Positions 9,655 through 20,257 of a stretch of 64,000 nt of DNA are shown here, one piece after another (the first letter of the stretch is position 1; each line of letters begins with the position of its first letter). The notes under the pieces are model-generated. The model did no database searches, was not told the DNA's origin, and saw nothing but the letters and a program-made list of their open reading frames with translations. The stretch comes from Acidimicrobiia bacterium (GTDB lineage Bacteria; Actinomycetota; Acidimicrobiia; Spongiisociales; JAENVV01), in the NCBI GenBank assembly GCA_041586155.1, contig JBFHAT010000006.1:20486-84485 (forward strand). Reading direction: 5' to 3'. The position numbers were made by a program, and so were the translations under genes.

Positions 9655-10239
9655 GTGGCGCTCACCTCGCGCGAAGCAGCACGAATGCGGTTCGGCAAGA
9701 CCGGCCGAGGCTATCACCGGAAGGAAGTCGACCGGTTCAAGCGGCGGATCGCCGCTGCGCTGCTCGCCATCGAACGAAACCTGGACGAGGATTTGGGGCT
9801 CACCTCAGAGGAGATCGACACGGTCACCTTCGCCATGACGCTGGGCGGCTATGACTACGAGGAGGTCGACGCCTTCCTGGCACGCGCCGCTCGCATCGTG
9901 CGCGCGTACGAAGCGGTCGTCGACAACTCGCCGCCGCGTCCGCAACCGACCCTCATCGGCGCTCAGGAAGTGAGGGAGAGCGTGTTCACCACCGTCATGC
10001 GCGGGTACCACATCCGCCAAGTCGATCAGTACCTCGAACGGGTCGTCCAGTCACTCGACGCCTATGAACAAGGCGTGGGATCTCCCCTGGTCGATGCCCA
10101 GTCCGTGGCGCGCAAACTCTTCGACGTGGCCATGCGGGGGTATGCTGAGCAGCAGGTCGACGCCGTGCTCGACCGAGCGGCCAAGACATTGGCATTCCAC
10201 GAGAACCAGCGGCGGATCCGGCGGTCGTCGGCCCTCTGA
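9655..10239 (+). CDS. Protein with four tandem DivIVA N-terminal domains
   Basis: GYHRKEVDRF, GYDYEEVDAFL, GYHIRQVDQYL, GYAEQQVDAVL. Confidence 0.88.
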   Translation: MALTSREAARMRFGKTGRGYHRKEVDRFKRRIAAALLAIERNLDEDLGLTSEEIDTVTFAMTLGGYDYEEVDAFLARAARIVRAYEAVVDNSPPRPQPTLIGAQEVRESVFTTVMRGYHIRQVDQYLERVVQSLDAYEQGVGSPLVDAQSVARKLFDVAMRGYAEQQVDAVLDRAAKTLAFHENQRRIRRSSAL

Positions 10240-10287
10240 GATCCGGGTCGTTGGTGCTGCCCCAACAGCTGAGTCCGGGAGATTGAC

Positions 10288-11661
10288 ATGGTGAGATTCC
10301 GCCTGCGCACGCCCCGCGACTTGGCGACCCGCCTACGCGAGCGAGCGCGGCTGGAACCGCGCGAGGTCGAAGAGTATCTCGACCAGAACCCGGCACAGTG
10401 GGAGGCGCTCGCGGCGGCCGACCCGCACGATGCAGCCGACATCCTCGAAGAGCTCGGCGAAGATGCCGCGTTCGACTTGATCGCCGACCTCGAGCCGGCT
10501 GAAGCAGCCGAGGTGCTCGACGAGCTGCGTGCAGACCTGGCCGCGGGGATCTTGGCCGAGCTGGACTCCGACTCCGCCTCTCGAGTGCTGGCGGCGATGG
10601 CGCCCGAAGAAGCCGCCGACGTCATCGGGGAGCTGAACAACGACGCCCGCAGCGCGCTGCTGGAAACCATGGAGATCGAGGCCGCCCGGGAGGTGGCGGC
10701 CCTGCTGTCGTACCCTGCCGACTCGGCTGGTGGACTGATGACCACCGACGTCGCAGCACTTCCGGTCGGCATCACCGCAGGAGAGGCGATCGAGGTCGTC
10801 CGGCAGATGCACGAGGAACTGGAGGACCTGTCGTACGTGTACATCACCGACGACGAACATCGCTTGGTCGGCGTCCTCTCGTTCCGCGATCTGGTCTTCA
10901 ATCGCCCCGGCTTGGGTCTGGACGAGGTGATGATTCACACACCGGTCAGCGTGACACCGCTGGCAGATCGCGAGGAGGTCGCCGAGCTGACCCAGCGATA
11001 CAACCTCTTCGGCCTTCCGGTCGTCGAAGAAGACGGGCGGCTGCTTGGGATGGTCACCACAGAGGCGGTGCTCCAGGCCGTGCAGGAGGAAGCATCCGAA
11101 GACTTCGCGGCAGCCGTCGGCGCCGGCGCATCCGAGACCGCGTACAGCACCGTGAGTCGTTCCGTGCGGAATCGGGTTCCCTGGTTGGCGGTCAACCTGA
11201 CGCTGGCCTTGGGCAATCTGTTCATCATGCAGTCGCAGACGAGCATCATCGAGGCCCACCCCCGGCTGGCGATCCTGATGCCGCTGGTCGCCACGCTGGG
11301 TGGCAACGCCGGCGGCCAGAGCCTGGCGGTCATCATTCGCGCCTTGGCTACCGACGATGTTCCTCGCAGCGAGATCCCCGGCATCCTCTGGCGGCAGGTG
11401 GCTGTTGGGGCCGTGAGTGGAGTCATCATCGGCGCCCTTGCGTTCGCCGTCGCATGGGCAATCGATCCCGCGGTGGCGGTCGTGGTAGCGATCGGATCGC
11501 TGGTCAATCTCGTCATCGCCACACTGGCCGGCTCCGGCATCCCGTTGGCACTACGAGGTCTCGGATTCGATCCGGCACTGGCAGCAAACATCTTCGTCAC
11601 ACTGATCACCGACCTGGCGGGGTTCGGCGGGTTCCTTGCGATCGCCGCAGTGTTGTTGTGA
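10288..11661 (+). CDS. mgtE: Magnesium transporter MgtE
   Basis: Acidic N-domain, YPADSAGGLMTT, CBS pair, GGNAGGQS, DPALAA..FVTLITD. Confidence 0.95.
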   Translation: MVRFRLRTPRDLATRLRERARLEPREVEEYLDQNPAQWEALAAADPHDAADILEELGEDAAFDLIADLEPAEAAEVLDELRADLAAGILAELDSDSASRVLAAMAPEEAADVIGELNNDARSALLETMEIEAAREVAALLSYPADSAGGLMTTDVAALPVGITAGEAIEVVRQMHEELEDLSYVYITDDEHRLVGVLSFRDLVFNRPGLGLDEVMIHTPVSVTPLADREEVAELTQRYNLFGLPVVEEDGRLLGMVTTEAVLQAVQEEASEDFAAAVGAGASETAYSTVSRSVRNRVPWLAVNLTLALGNLFIMQSQTSIIEAHPRLAILMPLVATLGGNAGGQSLAVIIRALATDDVPRSEIPGILWRQVAVGAVSGVIIGALAFAVAWAIDPAVAVVVAIGSLVNLVIATLAGSGIPLALRGLGFDPALAANIFVTLITDLAGFGGFLAIAAVLL

Positions 11662-11663
11662 CC

Positions 11664-13217
11664 TCAGCCTGTCAACTTGTGAACGGTCGAACCTTCGATG
11701 AGCGCGTCGACCACCAGCGGGTCGAACTGGCTGCCGGCGCCGGAGACAAGCTGTGTCTGGGCTTGCGGCACCGACATGGCCCGACGATAAGGACGATGGC
11801 TGCGCATGGCATCGAACGCGTCGGCAACGTGCAGGATACGACCCTCGAGAGGGATCGAATCGCCGGACAGACCATGCGGATACCCCCCACCGTCGAAGCG
11901 CTCGTGGTGCGTCAGGATCGCCTGGGCGATGTCGTCGTGCACCGCATCTGCAACCAGCGAGTGCCCCTGGATCACGTGAGCGTGGATGATCTCCCACGCA
12001 TCATCATCCAAGGGGCTGCGCTGAAACAACAGCTGGTCGGGAATCGCCAAGAAGCCGACGTCGTGGAGCATTGCCGCTACCCGTAGCCTCTCGAGTTGAT
12101 CGGCGCGCTGTTCGAGAACCGCACCGATCTGCACCGCCAGACCGGCGACCCGCAGGGAATGCTCCACCAGCTCGGCAGATCGCAGCCGCAGCGCCTCGAT
12201 GAGCGTGGATACCACCGGCGAGAGAGCCGGCTCGCTCGATGCGACTCCTGCCCATCCTCCACCCACCATGTGCGAACGATTCTTGCCGCTCCGCTTGGCG
12301 GCGTAGAGCGCTCGGTCAGCTGCCTCGACGAGGGACTTGGCGTCGGGCGCGTGGAATGGAAAGACGGCGACCCCGAGGCTGATCGTCACCGTGCCCGCTT
12401 CGAACCCGTGGCGAAGCACGGCGGTTCGTATGCGTTCTGCCGCAGCAATGGCGCCCTGAGGATCAGTTTCAGGGATGATCACCCCGATCTCCTCACCGCC
12501 GACCCGGCAGGCCACGTCACTGTCGCGGGTGCTCTCCCGGACGATGTCACCCAAGTCGCGCAGCACATCGTCTCCGACGTGGTGACCAAGCGTGTCGTTG
12601 ATCTTCTTGAAATCGTCGAGGTCGCCCATGAGAACGGCCAGGGGCCGGTCGTAGCGACGGGCCCGCTCGAACTCCTCTCCAAGACGCTCGAAGAAGAACC
12701 GGTGGTTCTTCAACCCCGTGAGCCAGTCGGTCACCGACATCGCCTCGAGTCGGGCCACCGTGGTCTCCAGCTCCCGACTACGGGCCTGTTCGAATTCGTA
12801 CCGCCGCTGCAGCTCGTCGAGCACGGGCTGGACGAGTTCAGGCGAGATGGTGCCAGTTGAGGCTTCGCCAACCGAGCGGATGGCTTCGATCAGGTCTGTG
12901 ACCTTGCCCTTCACGACGAAGGCCGTCGGCGCCACTGCCAGGACCGGCGCAACTTGGCCGACGCTGGCGAATGAAACTTGGGCGATGATCTCGACGTCGA
13001 CGATCTCGCGCAGTCGTCGAGCGAGCGCTTCCGCGCTCATGTCGGACAGCGATAGGTCAACCAGACCGATGGTCGGATCCCCCTGGGCCGCGACGGCGAG
13101 TGCTTGGTGGCCGGTGGCGCAATCGGCAACGACTTCGATGCCCGCTCCCCGCAGCGCCTCGACGGTGGCTGCTCGGGCGACGTCGTCCGGGTCCACCACC
13201 AGCACGCGGTGAGCCAT
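11664..13217 (-). CDS. REC-GGDEF-HD-GYP c-di-GMP enzyme
   Basis: Receiver N-terminus; TDWLTGLKN, DLDDFKKIND, RDSD I-site, GGEEI; HDVG, HHERFDGGGYP. Confidence 0.93.
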   Translation of the reverse strand: MAHRVLVVDPDDVARAATVEALRGAGIEVVADCATGHQALAVAAQGDPTIGLVDLSLSDMSAEALARRLREIVDVEIIAQVSFASVGQVAPVLAVAPTAFVVKGKVTDLIEAIRSVGEASTGTISPELVQPVLDELQRRYEFEQARSRELETTVARLEAMSVTDWLTGLKNHRFFFERLGEEFERARRYDRPLAVLMGDLDDFKKINDTLGHHVGDDVLRDLGDIVRESTRDSDVACRVGGEEIGVIIPETDPQGAIAAAERIRTAVLRHGFEAGTVTISLGVAVFPFHAPDAKSLVEAADRALYAAKRSGKNRSHMVGGGWAGVASSEPALSPVVSTLIEALRLRSAELVEHSLRVAGLAVQIGAVLEQRADQLERLRVAAMLHDVGFLAIPDQLLFQRSPLDDDAWEIIHAHVIQGHSLVADAVHDDIAQAILTHHERFDGGGYPHGLSGDSIPLEGRILHVADAFDAMRSHRPYRRAMSVPQAQTQLVSGAGSQFDPLVVDALIEGSTVHKLTG

Positions 13218-13241
13218 GTTCCGGATATCGGCCGAAGCGGC

Positions 13242-14054
13242 TCAAGAGTTGAGCAGATTGGCGATACGGGCGTGGAGGGCATCCCGTACTCTCGACGTCA
13301 CCGGACCGGGAGCCTTTTCGAAGGCATCGATGCGCGTCACCGGCGTGACCTCCTTGACGGTCGACATCGCAAAGACTTCGTCTGCCTCGTACATCCGCTC
13401 GAGCGGGAACCGGCCTTCCTCTACGACGATCCCGCACTCTTCGGCCGCGGCGACGACGTGACGGCGCGTGATCGAATCGAGTATGAGCAGATCCAGGTCT
13501 GGCGTCTCCAAGACCTCGCCGACAAGCCAACCCACCGTGAATGTCGGCCCTTCCAAGACGACCGACTCGTCGGACAGGAGCACTGCATCGTCGAATCCCG
13601 CCGCCCTCGCCCTACGGGATGCAGAGAGGTTGGGGGCGTACGAAAGTGTCTTGGCCCCGGCCAGATCCCACGCCCTTCCGGCCGAATGCCACGGTGCTCC
13701 GACCGACATCATCCGCAGCTCGGATCGGGGCGGCGGGAGCGGCTCCGCCATGACCACGATCGCGCCCATCAGGCCCCGCTCGGGGTCGCCTCGAGTGGCG
13801 ATGAGCCGGATCACCCCATCGCCGGAGACGGCGCCCGCCCGGCGAACCCATTCGGCGAGAAGGCCAGTGTCAGGCAACGGCAGCGCCAACGCTTCCGCCG
13901 ATTGGGTGAGACGCTGCAGGTGCTCGTCCACCGCAAACACCTGCCCGTGGTAGGAGCGCAGCGCTTCGAAGCAGCCATCTCCTCTCAGGAAACTGAGGTC
14001 CTGAACGGCAATCGCGCCGGAAGGGACCTGCTCACCGTCGATCCAAACGTTCAT
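13242..14054 (-). CDS. Class IV PLP aminotransferase (PabC/IlvE/Dat family)
   Basis: GDGCFEALR, HLQRL, AKTLSY, EGP, ILDSITR, ADEVF. Confidence 0.9.
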   Translation of the reverse strand: MNVWIDGEQVPSGAIAVQDLSFLRGDGCFEALRSYHGQVFAVDEHLQRLTQSAEALALPLPDTGLLAEWVRRAGAVSGDGVIRLIATRGDPERGLMGAIVVMAEPLPPPRSELRMMSVGAPWHSAGRAWDLAGAKTLSYAPNLSASRRARAAGFDDAVLLSDESVVLEGPTFTVGWLVGEVLETPDLDLLILDSITRRHVVAAAEECGIVVEEGRFPLERMYEADEVFAMSTVKEVTPVTRIDAFEKAPGPVTSRVRDALHARIANLLNS

Positions 14055-15709
14055 CCCAGCCGGTATCGATTCGTGATGGGTAGCCGTCGATCCTTTCCGA
14101 AGGCCTTGGCGGTGATCTTCACGCCGGGGGCGGACTGCCGGCGCTTGTACTCGTTGCGGTCGACCATGCGTGCCACGCGGGCGACCGTCGCCTCGTCGTA
14201 TCCCTCCCCGACGATCGACGCGATCGAACGGTCTTCTTCGATGTAACGCTCCAAGATCGCGTCGAGCACGTCGTATGGGGGGAGCGAGTCGGAGTCTCGC
14301 TGGTCGGGTGCCAGCTCGGCCGACGGCGGCTTGCTGATCGTCGACGGCGGGATCACCTCGCCGATCGTGTTGCGCCAGCGAGCCAGCCGGTAGACCAGCG
14401 TCTTGAAGACATCCTTGAGGACGGCGTAGCCGCCGGCCATGTCGCCATAGAGCGTGGCGTAGCCGACCGCCATCTCCGACTTGTTGCCGGTGGCGACCAC
14501 CATGCCGCCGAACTTGTTGGAGAGTGCCATCAGCAACGCTCCCCTGATCCGCGCCTGGATGTTCTCCTCGGTCACGTCCGGCAATCGCTCATCGAAGATC
14601 GGCGCCAGCGCATCGAGATACGACTGGAAGATCTCGTCCATCGGCAAGATCGTGAACCGGATGCCCAGCCGGCCGGCCAGGTCCTCGGCATCGGTCACCG
14701 ACCCGGGCGACGAGTAGCGAGAAGGCATCGCCACTCCCCAGACTCGATCGGGCCCGAGCGCATCGGCGCACACCGCCGCAGTCAACGCCGAATCGATGCC
14801 TCCGGACAACCCGATCACCACATGGTCGAAACCGTTCTTGCGGACGTAGTCGCCCACCCCGAGCTCCAGCGCTCGATACACCTCCTCGTCGGCATCGAGC
14901 AACCTGCCGACGGCCTCCGCTTCCGGCTTCGGATCCCCACTCAGGGCGACATCGACGACAAATCGGTCCTCGACGAACTGCGGAGCGCGGGCGAGAAGGC
15001 GCCCTTCCGCCGAGAACACCATGCTGTGACCATCGAACACCAGCTCATCCTGGCCGCCAACCTGATTGACGTACACGAGCGGGGCGCCGGCGGCGCGGGC
15101 CTGACCGCGCATGAGGTCCTCACGGGCCAACGCCTTCCCGTAGTTGTACGGCGATGCGTTGATGTTGACGAGAAGACGGGCACCTGCCGCAGCTTGTTGG
15201 ATGGGAGGACCGTCGGCTACCCAGGCGTCCTCACAGATCGAGACGCCGAATGTCAATCCTCCCAATCGCCACGTCTGGGCGGGACGTCCCCCACGGGCAA
15301 AGTAGCGACTCTCGTCGAACACGCCATAGTTGGGCAGCAACACCTTGTGGTAGACGCCCGCCACCGCACCCCGATGGAGAATCGCGGCGGCGTTGGCGAC
15401 GCCGCGGGTCACCGCATCGTCCGGCAGGTCGTCGATGTCGGCAGCCCGATCGACGAATCCCACCACGGTGATGCAGTCCCCAGCCTGAGCAGCCAGCTCG
15501 TCCAGGGCCCGGAGGTTGGCGGCGACGAAGCCGTCACGAAGGACCAGATCCTCCGGCGGGTAGCCGCTCAGCGCAAGCTCGGAGAGTACGAGCAGGTCGG
15601 CGCCCGCCGACTCTGCCCAGGCCATCGCCTCGCCGATCTGCTTGGCGTTGCCTTCCACGTCGCCGACCACCACGTTCAGCTGCGCACCGGCCACCCGAAG
15701 CTCGTCCAT
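14051..15709 (-). CDS. nadE: Glutamine-dependent NAD+ synthetase
   Basis: Nitrilase domain (LALSGYPPEDL, LPNYGVFDE, ICED) plus GLSGGIDS, ENIQARIR, TGNKSE, PSAEL. Confidence 0.97.
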   Translation of the reverse strand: MDELRVAGAQLNVVVGDVEGNAKQIGEAMAWAESAGADLLVLSELALSGYPPEDLVLRDGFVAANLRALDELAAQAGDCITVVGFVDRAADIDDLPDDAVTRGVANAAAILHRGAVAGVYHKVLLPNYGVFDESRYFARGGRPAQTWRLGGLTFGVSICEDAWVADGPPIQQAAAGARLLVNINASPYNYGKALAREDLMRGQARAAGAPLVYVNQVGGQDELVFDGHSMVFSAEGRLLARAPQFVEDRFVVDVALSGDPKPEAEAVGRLLDADEEVYRALELGVGDYVRKNGFDHVVIGLSGGIDSALTAAVCADALGPDRVWGVAMPSRYSSPGSVTDAEDLAGRLGIRFTILPMDEIFQSYLDALAPIFDERLPDVTEENIQARIRGALLMALSNKFGGMVVATGNKSEMAVGYATLYGDMAGGYAVLKDVFKTLVYRLARWRNTIGEVIPPSTISKPPSAELAPDQRDSDSLPPYDVLDAILERYIEEDRSIASIVGEGYDEATVARVARMVDRNEYKRRQSAPGVKITAKAFGKDRRLPITNRYRLG

Positions 15710-15810
15710 CGCCACGACATTAGCCCTGACTCCCCCGGCCGATTCGAAGGCGCGCTCGTCAGCCTGCGGAGCGGCCAGAGCCTGCGCCGGGCCGCCTACC
15801 ATGGTGTCTC

Positions 15811-16968
15811 GTGACACGGCTTGTTTCAGCTGCGCGGCGTGCCGCTCCTGCCGCCATCGACCTTCGACGCGCAATTCACCGTCATCCCGAGAGGGGTTTC
15901 GCCGAGTTCGCCACCACCGGAAGGATTGCGGCGGCGCTCGAGGCGGAGGGAATCGCCGCCAGAGTGCGCGAGGACGGGACCGGACTCGTTGCGGATGTCG
16001 GTCCTGACGCCCCTCGGGTCGCCTGGCGCGCCGACCTCGACGCCCTGCCGATCCACGAGATGACGAATCTCGCCTTCCGCTCGAACGTGGACGGGTGGAT
16101 GCATGCCTGCGGGCACGACGCCCACAGCGCCATCGCCACCGCCATCGCCACGGTGCTGCACGAACAAGGCGACGTGTCGGTGAGATTCATCTTCCAGCCC
16201 GCCGAGGAATCGTTTCCCGGCGGTGCTCGCCAGTTGACCCTGGAGGGCGCCATCGACGGCATCAGCGCCATCGCTGCTTTCCACGTCGACCCCTCGCTCG
16301 AAGTAGGGAAGATCGGGCTGAGGATCGGGGCGATCACATCCAGCAGCGATCGCTTCCAAATCACGGTGGAAGGACCCGGCGGTCACACTGCCCGCCCTCA
16401 CGAGACCGTCGACACCCTCTATGCGGCCGGTCGAATCCTCACCGACCTCCCGATGATGGTTCACCGCTCGCTGGACAGCCGGATCCCGATCTCGTTGGTC
16501 TTCGGCCAGCTGCGAGGCGGAGAGGCTGACAACGTGATCCCCACACGGGTGACGATGGCCGGCACGGTTCGCATGTTGGACGACACCGCTCGTGACCACG
16601 TCCCGATGCTGATCGATCGGCTGGCACAGGAGATCGCTCAGCCCACCGGCGCAAAGGTCTCAACGACCTTCGAGACGGGAATTCCGCCTGTGATCAACGA
16701 CCCGCGTGTCATTGCCGCCGCCCATCTCGCCGTTGTCGAGACGCTGGGCAGCGATGCCGTCGCCGAAGCCCAGCCGAGCATGGGCGCTGAAGACTTCGCC
16801 GACTACCTCGAGACGATTCCAGGCGCACTCCTTCGCCTGGGAGTCCGAACACCGGGCAAAGCCGAGCTGGCCCTGCACTCGGCCGTGTTCGACATCGACG
16901 AAGGCGCAATCGCCCACGGGATCGCAGCCGGCGCCGCCACGCTCTACGAGCTGAGCAGGAGAGTCTGA
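15811..16968 (+). CDS. M20D family amidohydrolase
   Basis: HRHPE, RADLDALP, MHACGHD, FQPAEE, GGH, MGAEDF, LHS. Confidence 0.93.
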   Translation: MTRLVSAARRAAPAAIDLRRAIHRHPERGFAEFATTGRIAAALEAEGIAARVREDGTGLVADVGPDAPRVAWRADLDALPIHEMTNLAFRSNVDGWMHACGHDAHSAIATAIATVLHEQGDVSVRFIFQPAEESFPGGARQLTLEGAIDGISAIAAFHVDPSLEVGKIGLRIGAITSSSDRFQITVEGPGGHTARPHETVDTLYAAGRILTDLPMMVHRSLDSRIPISLVFGQLRGGEADNVIPTRVTMAGTVRMLDDTARDHVPMLIDRLAQEIAQPTGAKVSTTFETGIPPVINDPRVIAAAHLAVVETLGSDAVAEAQPSMGAEDFADYLETIPGALLRLGVRTPGKAELALHSAVFDIDEGAIAHGIAAGAATLYELSRRV

Positions 16969-16975
16969 GCCTCGC

Positions 16976-17998
16976 TCAGTCGGTCAGCTCGAAGCCTTCG
17001 AATTCGAGCGCATGCCGTAGCGTCTCGGCTTCGCCCGGCCGGACGGACAATGTGAGCACGCCGCCTCCGCCATGCGGGCCATGGCGGAGCTGCAGGTCTC
17101 TGATGTCGGCCCTGCTGGCCGCCAGCGCCCGGCCAACCGCTGCAAGAGAACCGGGACGATCCTCCAAGATGAGCCGCACCGCCACGACCGGGGGCGCCAG
17201 CGACTGCCGGACCTTCCGAGCGGCCGCAATCTCGGATCTGAGGGGCTCGACCGCATCCAGTCTCGTCGACCAGCGCCGGAGACGTTCGGCTAGATCGTCG
17301 GCGGCCACGGCTATCTGCTCTCGGTTGGCAACCATGACGTCCGCCCACATCGTCGGGTCGGACAGGGCAATGCGGGTCAGGTCGCGAAACCCGCCCGCGG
17401 CCAACTCGAGCGCATCGTCACCGTCCGCCGCCGCCTCGATGAGCGCCAAAGCGACGAGCTGGGGAATATGGCTGATCGCCGCGACTGCTGCGTCATGTCT
17501 CGCCGCCGACATACGGACGGGAATGCCGCCGAGGCTCTCGATCATCCTCTCTACCTGCAGCAGATCCGGCTCAGCGGCGTGATCGTCGGTGACGATCCAC
17601 GTCGCCCCTTTGAACAACCGGGCTGACGCATGCTCGGCACCGGGGTGTTCGCGTCCGGCCATTGGATGGGTGCCCACAAACCGAATCCCTGCGGCACGGG
17701 CTGCCTTCACCATCGGCTCCTTGACGCCTGCCACGTCGATCACCAAACCCGCGAAGTCGAGTTCGCCCAACTGATCGGCTACCGCGAGCGCCGGACCGGA
17801 CAGAACCACGAGGTCGGCCAGGGCAGTCGCCTCGGCCGAGCTGGTGGCCGTCGCATCGATGGCGCCGACCTCCGCCGCGCTTCGCAAAGCGTCGGCCGAT
17901 GGGTCCCAGCCGATGATTCGTTTTCCTTCGGCCCGTAGCCCTAGGCCCATGGATGCGCCGATGAGTCCGGTGCCAAGGATCGCGACGTCGTGGATCAC
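16976..17998 (-). CDS. tyrA: Prephenate dehydrogenase with C-terminal ACT domain
   Basis: [44 protein letters not shown]. Confidence 0.93.
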   Translation of the reverse strand: MIHDVAILGTGLIGASMGLGLRAEGKRIIGWDPSADALRSAAEVGAIDATATSSAEATALADLVVLSGPALAVADQLGELDFAGLVIDVAGVKEPMVKAARAAGIRFVGTHPMAGREHPGAEHASARLFKGATWIVTDDHAAEPDLLQVERMIESLGGIPVRMSAARHDAAVAAISHIPQLVALALIEAAADGDDALELAAGGFRDLTRIALSDPTMWADVMVANREQIAVAADDLAERLRRWSTRLDAVEPLRSEIAAARKVRQSLAPPVVAVRLILEDRPGSLAAVGRALAASRADIRDLQLRHGPHGGGGVLTLSVRPGEAETLRHALEFEGFELTD

Positions 17999-19017
17999 AG
18001 CGGCCGTTCCATGGCGACCGCCAACCGCCGCACCTGGTCCATCAAGGATCCAAAGTCCGCCGGGAGGAGCGCTTGCGCACCATCGACCTTGGCCATGTCC
18101 GGTGTGGGGTGCACGTCGACCATGATGCCGTCGGCGCCCACTCCAACCGCTGCGCGGGCCAGCGGAGTGACCAGATGGCGATGGCCACCGGAATGGGACG
18201 GATCGACAATGACGGGTAGATGCGACAGCTGCTTGAGGATCGGCACCGCAGAGATGTCCAATGTGTTGCGTGACGCCGTCTCGAAGGTTCGGATCCCGCG
18301 TTCCACGAGGATGATCTCGTGATTGCCTTCTTTGTAGATGTACTCGGCTGCGTTGAGCCAGTCTTCGATCGTTGCCGTGAAGCCCCGCTTGAGCTGAACA
18401 GGCCTGGTCTGGCGGCCGACCTCTGCGAGGAGGCCATAGTTGGCCATGTTGCGGGTGCCCACGCGCAACATGTCAGCGTAGGAGGAAACCAACTCCACAT
18501 CGCGTGGGTCGAGCACCTCGGCGACGAACGGCATGTCGAACTCTTCGCGCGCTTCGGCCAGGAGCTGCAGGCCCTTTTCCCCCAAGCCTTGAAATGAATA
18601 GGGCGAGGTGCGCGGCTTGAAGGCGTCGCCTCGCAATACCGTTGCGCCGGCGGCCTTGACCGCTTCGGCTGTGCGAAACAGCTGGTCGCGCGTCTCCACT
18701 GCGCACGGGCCGGCGATGACGGTGAATGACGGGCCTCCGATACCGACGTTGCGCACCGTGACGACTGTGTCGGCCACCTGGAAATCGCGACTCACGAATT
18801 TGAACGACTTGTAAACGGGCACTGCTCTCTCGACCCCGGTCATCGCCTCCCAGGGCAGCTGCTGAATCCTCGCCTGGTCACCGAGGGCGCCGATCATGGT
18901 GCGGTTCTGCCCGCGGCTGACGTGGGCCTCGCAGCCGATGGAGTCGAGGCGATCCACGACGGCTCTGACGTCCTCATCGGTCGCATCGGCCTGCATCACG
19001 ATCATCACTGCGCTCAA
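17995..19017 (-). CDS. aroF: DAHP synthase, type I-beta with N-terminal regulatory domain
   Basis: [37 protein letters not shown]; alternative ATG at 19005. Confidence 0.95.
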   Translation of the reverse strand: MSAVMIVMQADATDEDVRAVVDRLDSIGCEAHVSRGQNRTMIGALGDQARIQQLPWEAMTGVERAVPVYKSFKFVSRDFQVADTVVTVRNVGIGGPSFTVIAGPCAVETRDQLFRTAEAVKAAGATVLRGDAFKPRTSPYSFQGLGEKGLQLLAEAREEFDMPFVAEVLDPRDVELVSSYADMLRVGTRNMANYGLLAEVGRQTRPVQLKRGFTATIEDWLNAAEYIYKEGNHEIILVERGIRTFETASRNTLDISAVPILKQLSHLPVIVDPSHSGGHRHLVTPLARAAVGVGADGIMVDVHPTPDMAKVDGAQALLPADFGSLMDQVRRLAVAMERPL

Positions 19018-19274
19018 TGTTGGGTCTCCGTGCTTGCTTCGGGCACGGACAGCTCCAGCCGCCGCACGCGAATCGAGTCGTCCGCCATGGCTCGAAGTCC
19101 GGATTCGACTTCGGATGCGACCGATCCGGCCCAGATAGTAACGAGCATGATCGTGGCGTCATCCGCCCCCAGCATCAGGTGGAGGCAGTACGGGTCCTCG
19201 GTGAACTCGTGCACCATCTCCTCCAGCCAGGTCGGTTCTCGGTAGCGGGGAATCTCGACAACGATGGACTCCAT
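19014..19274 (-). CDS. Small hypothetical protein (86 aa) leading the aroF-tyrA operon
   Basis: TACCAT 6 nt before the ATG; stop overlaps the aroF TTG. Confidence 0.6.
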   Translation of the reverse strand: MESIVVEIPRYREPTWLEEMVHEFTEDPYCLHLMLGADDATIMLVTIWAGSVASEVESGLRAMADDSIRVRRLELSVPEASTETQH

Positions 19275-19336
19275 CGATTGATGGTAGGCCGATCCGAACA
19301 CGGGCCGGCCGGGGCGCCCGACTACCGTCCTTGTGA

Positions 19337-20257
19337 ATGGAGCGGGTACTGGTGACAGGCGCCGGCAGCTGGGTGGGCGGACATTGCGTCCGCAGGCTCG
19401 AGAGCCAGGTCGATGTGATGGCGGTCGACGAGATCGAGCCGCGGCTGGAGTTCGGCTCCCCGTTCCAGAGGTTCTCGCTCGACTCGCTCGAATTCGCCCA
19501 CTTCGTCCTCGACGTGGATCCCACCGTCGTTCTCCACCTCCAGACGCTGGATCGGTCCGCCGAGCTCGGCGCCTCCCGAGCCCGCGACGGGTCGGTGCTG
19601 GGAGCGCAAGCGCTCTTTGGCGCCGTCGCCCGCTCTTCTCGCATCCGGCATGTCGTCGTCAAGAGCGATGCGGCCATCTACTCCACGGGACCTCGGCACG
19701 CCTCGATACTCGACGAGCGCACGGTGATCACCGGTCGTGCCACCCGTTATGAGCGCAACCTCCGCGAAATCGAGCGTTTCGTCCAAGAGCTGGACCGTGA
19801 GCTCCCCTCGGTTTCCTTCACGGTGCTTCGGCTTGCCAGCATCATCGGCCCAACCGTCCTCAACCCGTTGAGCCGATATTTGAGTCTGCCCGTCGTGCCG
19901 ACAGCGCTGGGGCACGACCCCCGGCTGCAGTTCGTGTACGAAACCGATGCAGTCGACGCGTTTCTGGCCGCGATCGGCTCCGAGTCCCCCGGCGTCTTCA
20001 ACGTGGCCGGCTCGGGTTCGACCTACCTCCACCGCGCTCTGCGCCGTGGGCGGCGTCTGCCTCAGCCCCTGCCCCCGCCTCAGCTCCGTCGGGCCCGCGC
20101 CCTCATCGGCACATTCTCCGTGCGCCTCCCCGATCATCTCGGCAATCTCCTCAAATACGGGCGCCACATCGAAACCAGCCGGATGGAGCAGGTGCTCGGC
20201 TTCTCACCGCAGCGATCTTCACCGTCGGCATTGCACGAAACCCTCGGCGGAGCATGA
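19337..20257 (+). CDS. Atypical SDR / NAD-dependent epimerase-dehydratase (Rv0501-like)
   Basis: VLVTGAGSWVG, VVVKSDAAIY, LGHDPRLQFV, GVFNVAG; no YxxxK Lys (YERNL). Confidence 0.85.
   Translation: MERVLVTGAGSWVGGHCVRRLESQVDVMAVDEIEPRLEFGSPFQRFSLDSLEFAHFVLDVDPTVVLHLQTLDRSAELGASRARDGSVLGAQALFGAVARSSRIRHVVVKSDAAIYSTGPRHASILDERTVITGRATRYERNLREIERFVQELDRELPSVSFTVLRLASIIGPTVLNPLSRYLSLPVVPTALGHDPRLQFVYETDAVDAFLAAIGSESPGVFNVAGSGSTYLHRALRRGRRLPQPLPPPQLRRARALIGTFSVRLPDHLGNLLKYGRHIETSRMEQVLGFSPQRSSPSALHETLGGA

Noticed and set aside
10240-10287. M-box riboswitch upstream of mgtE
   Set aside because: The intergenic space is under 50 nt, too short
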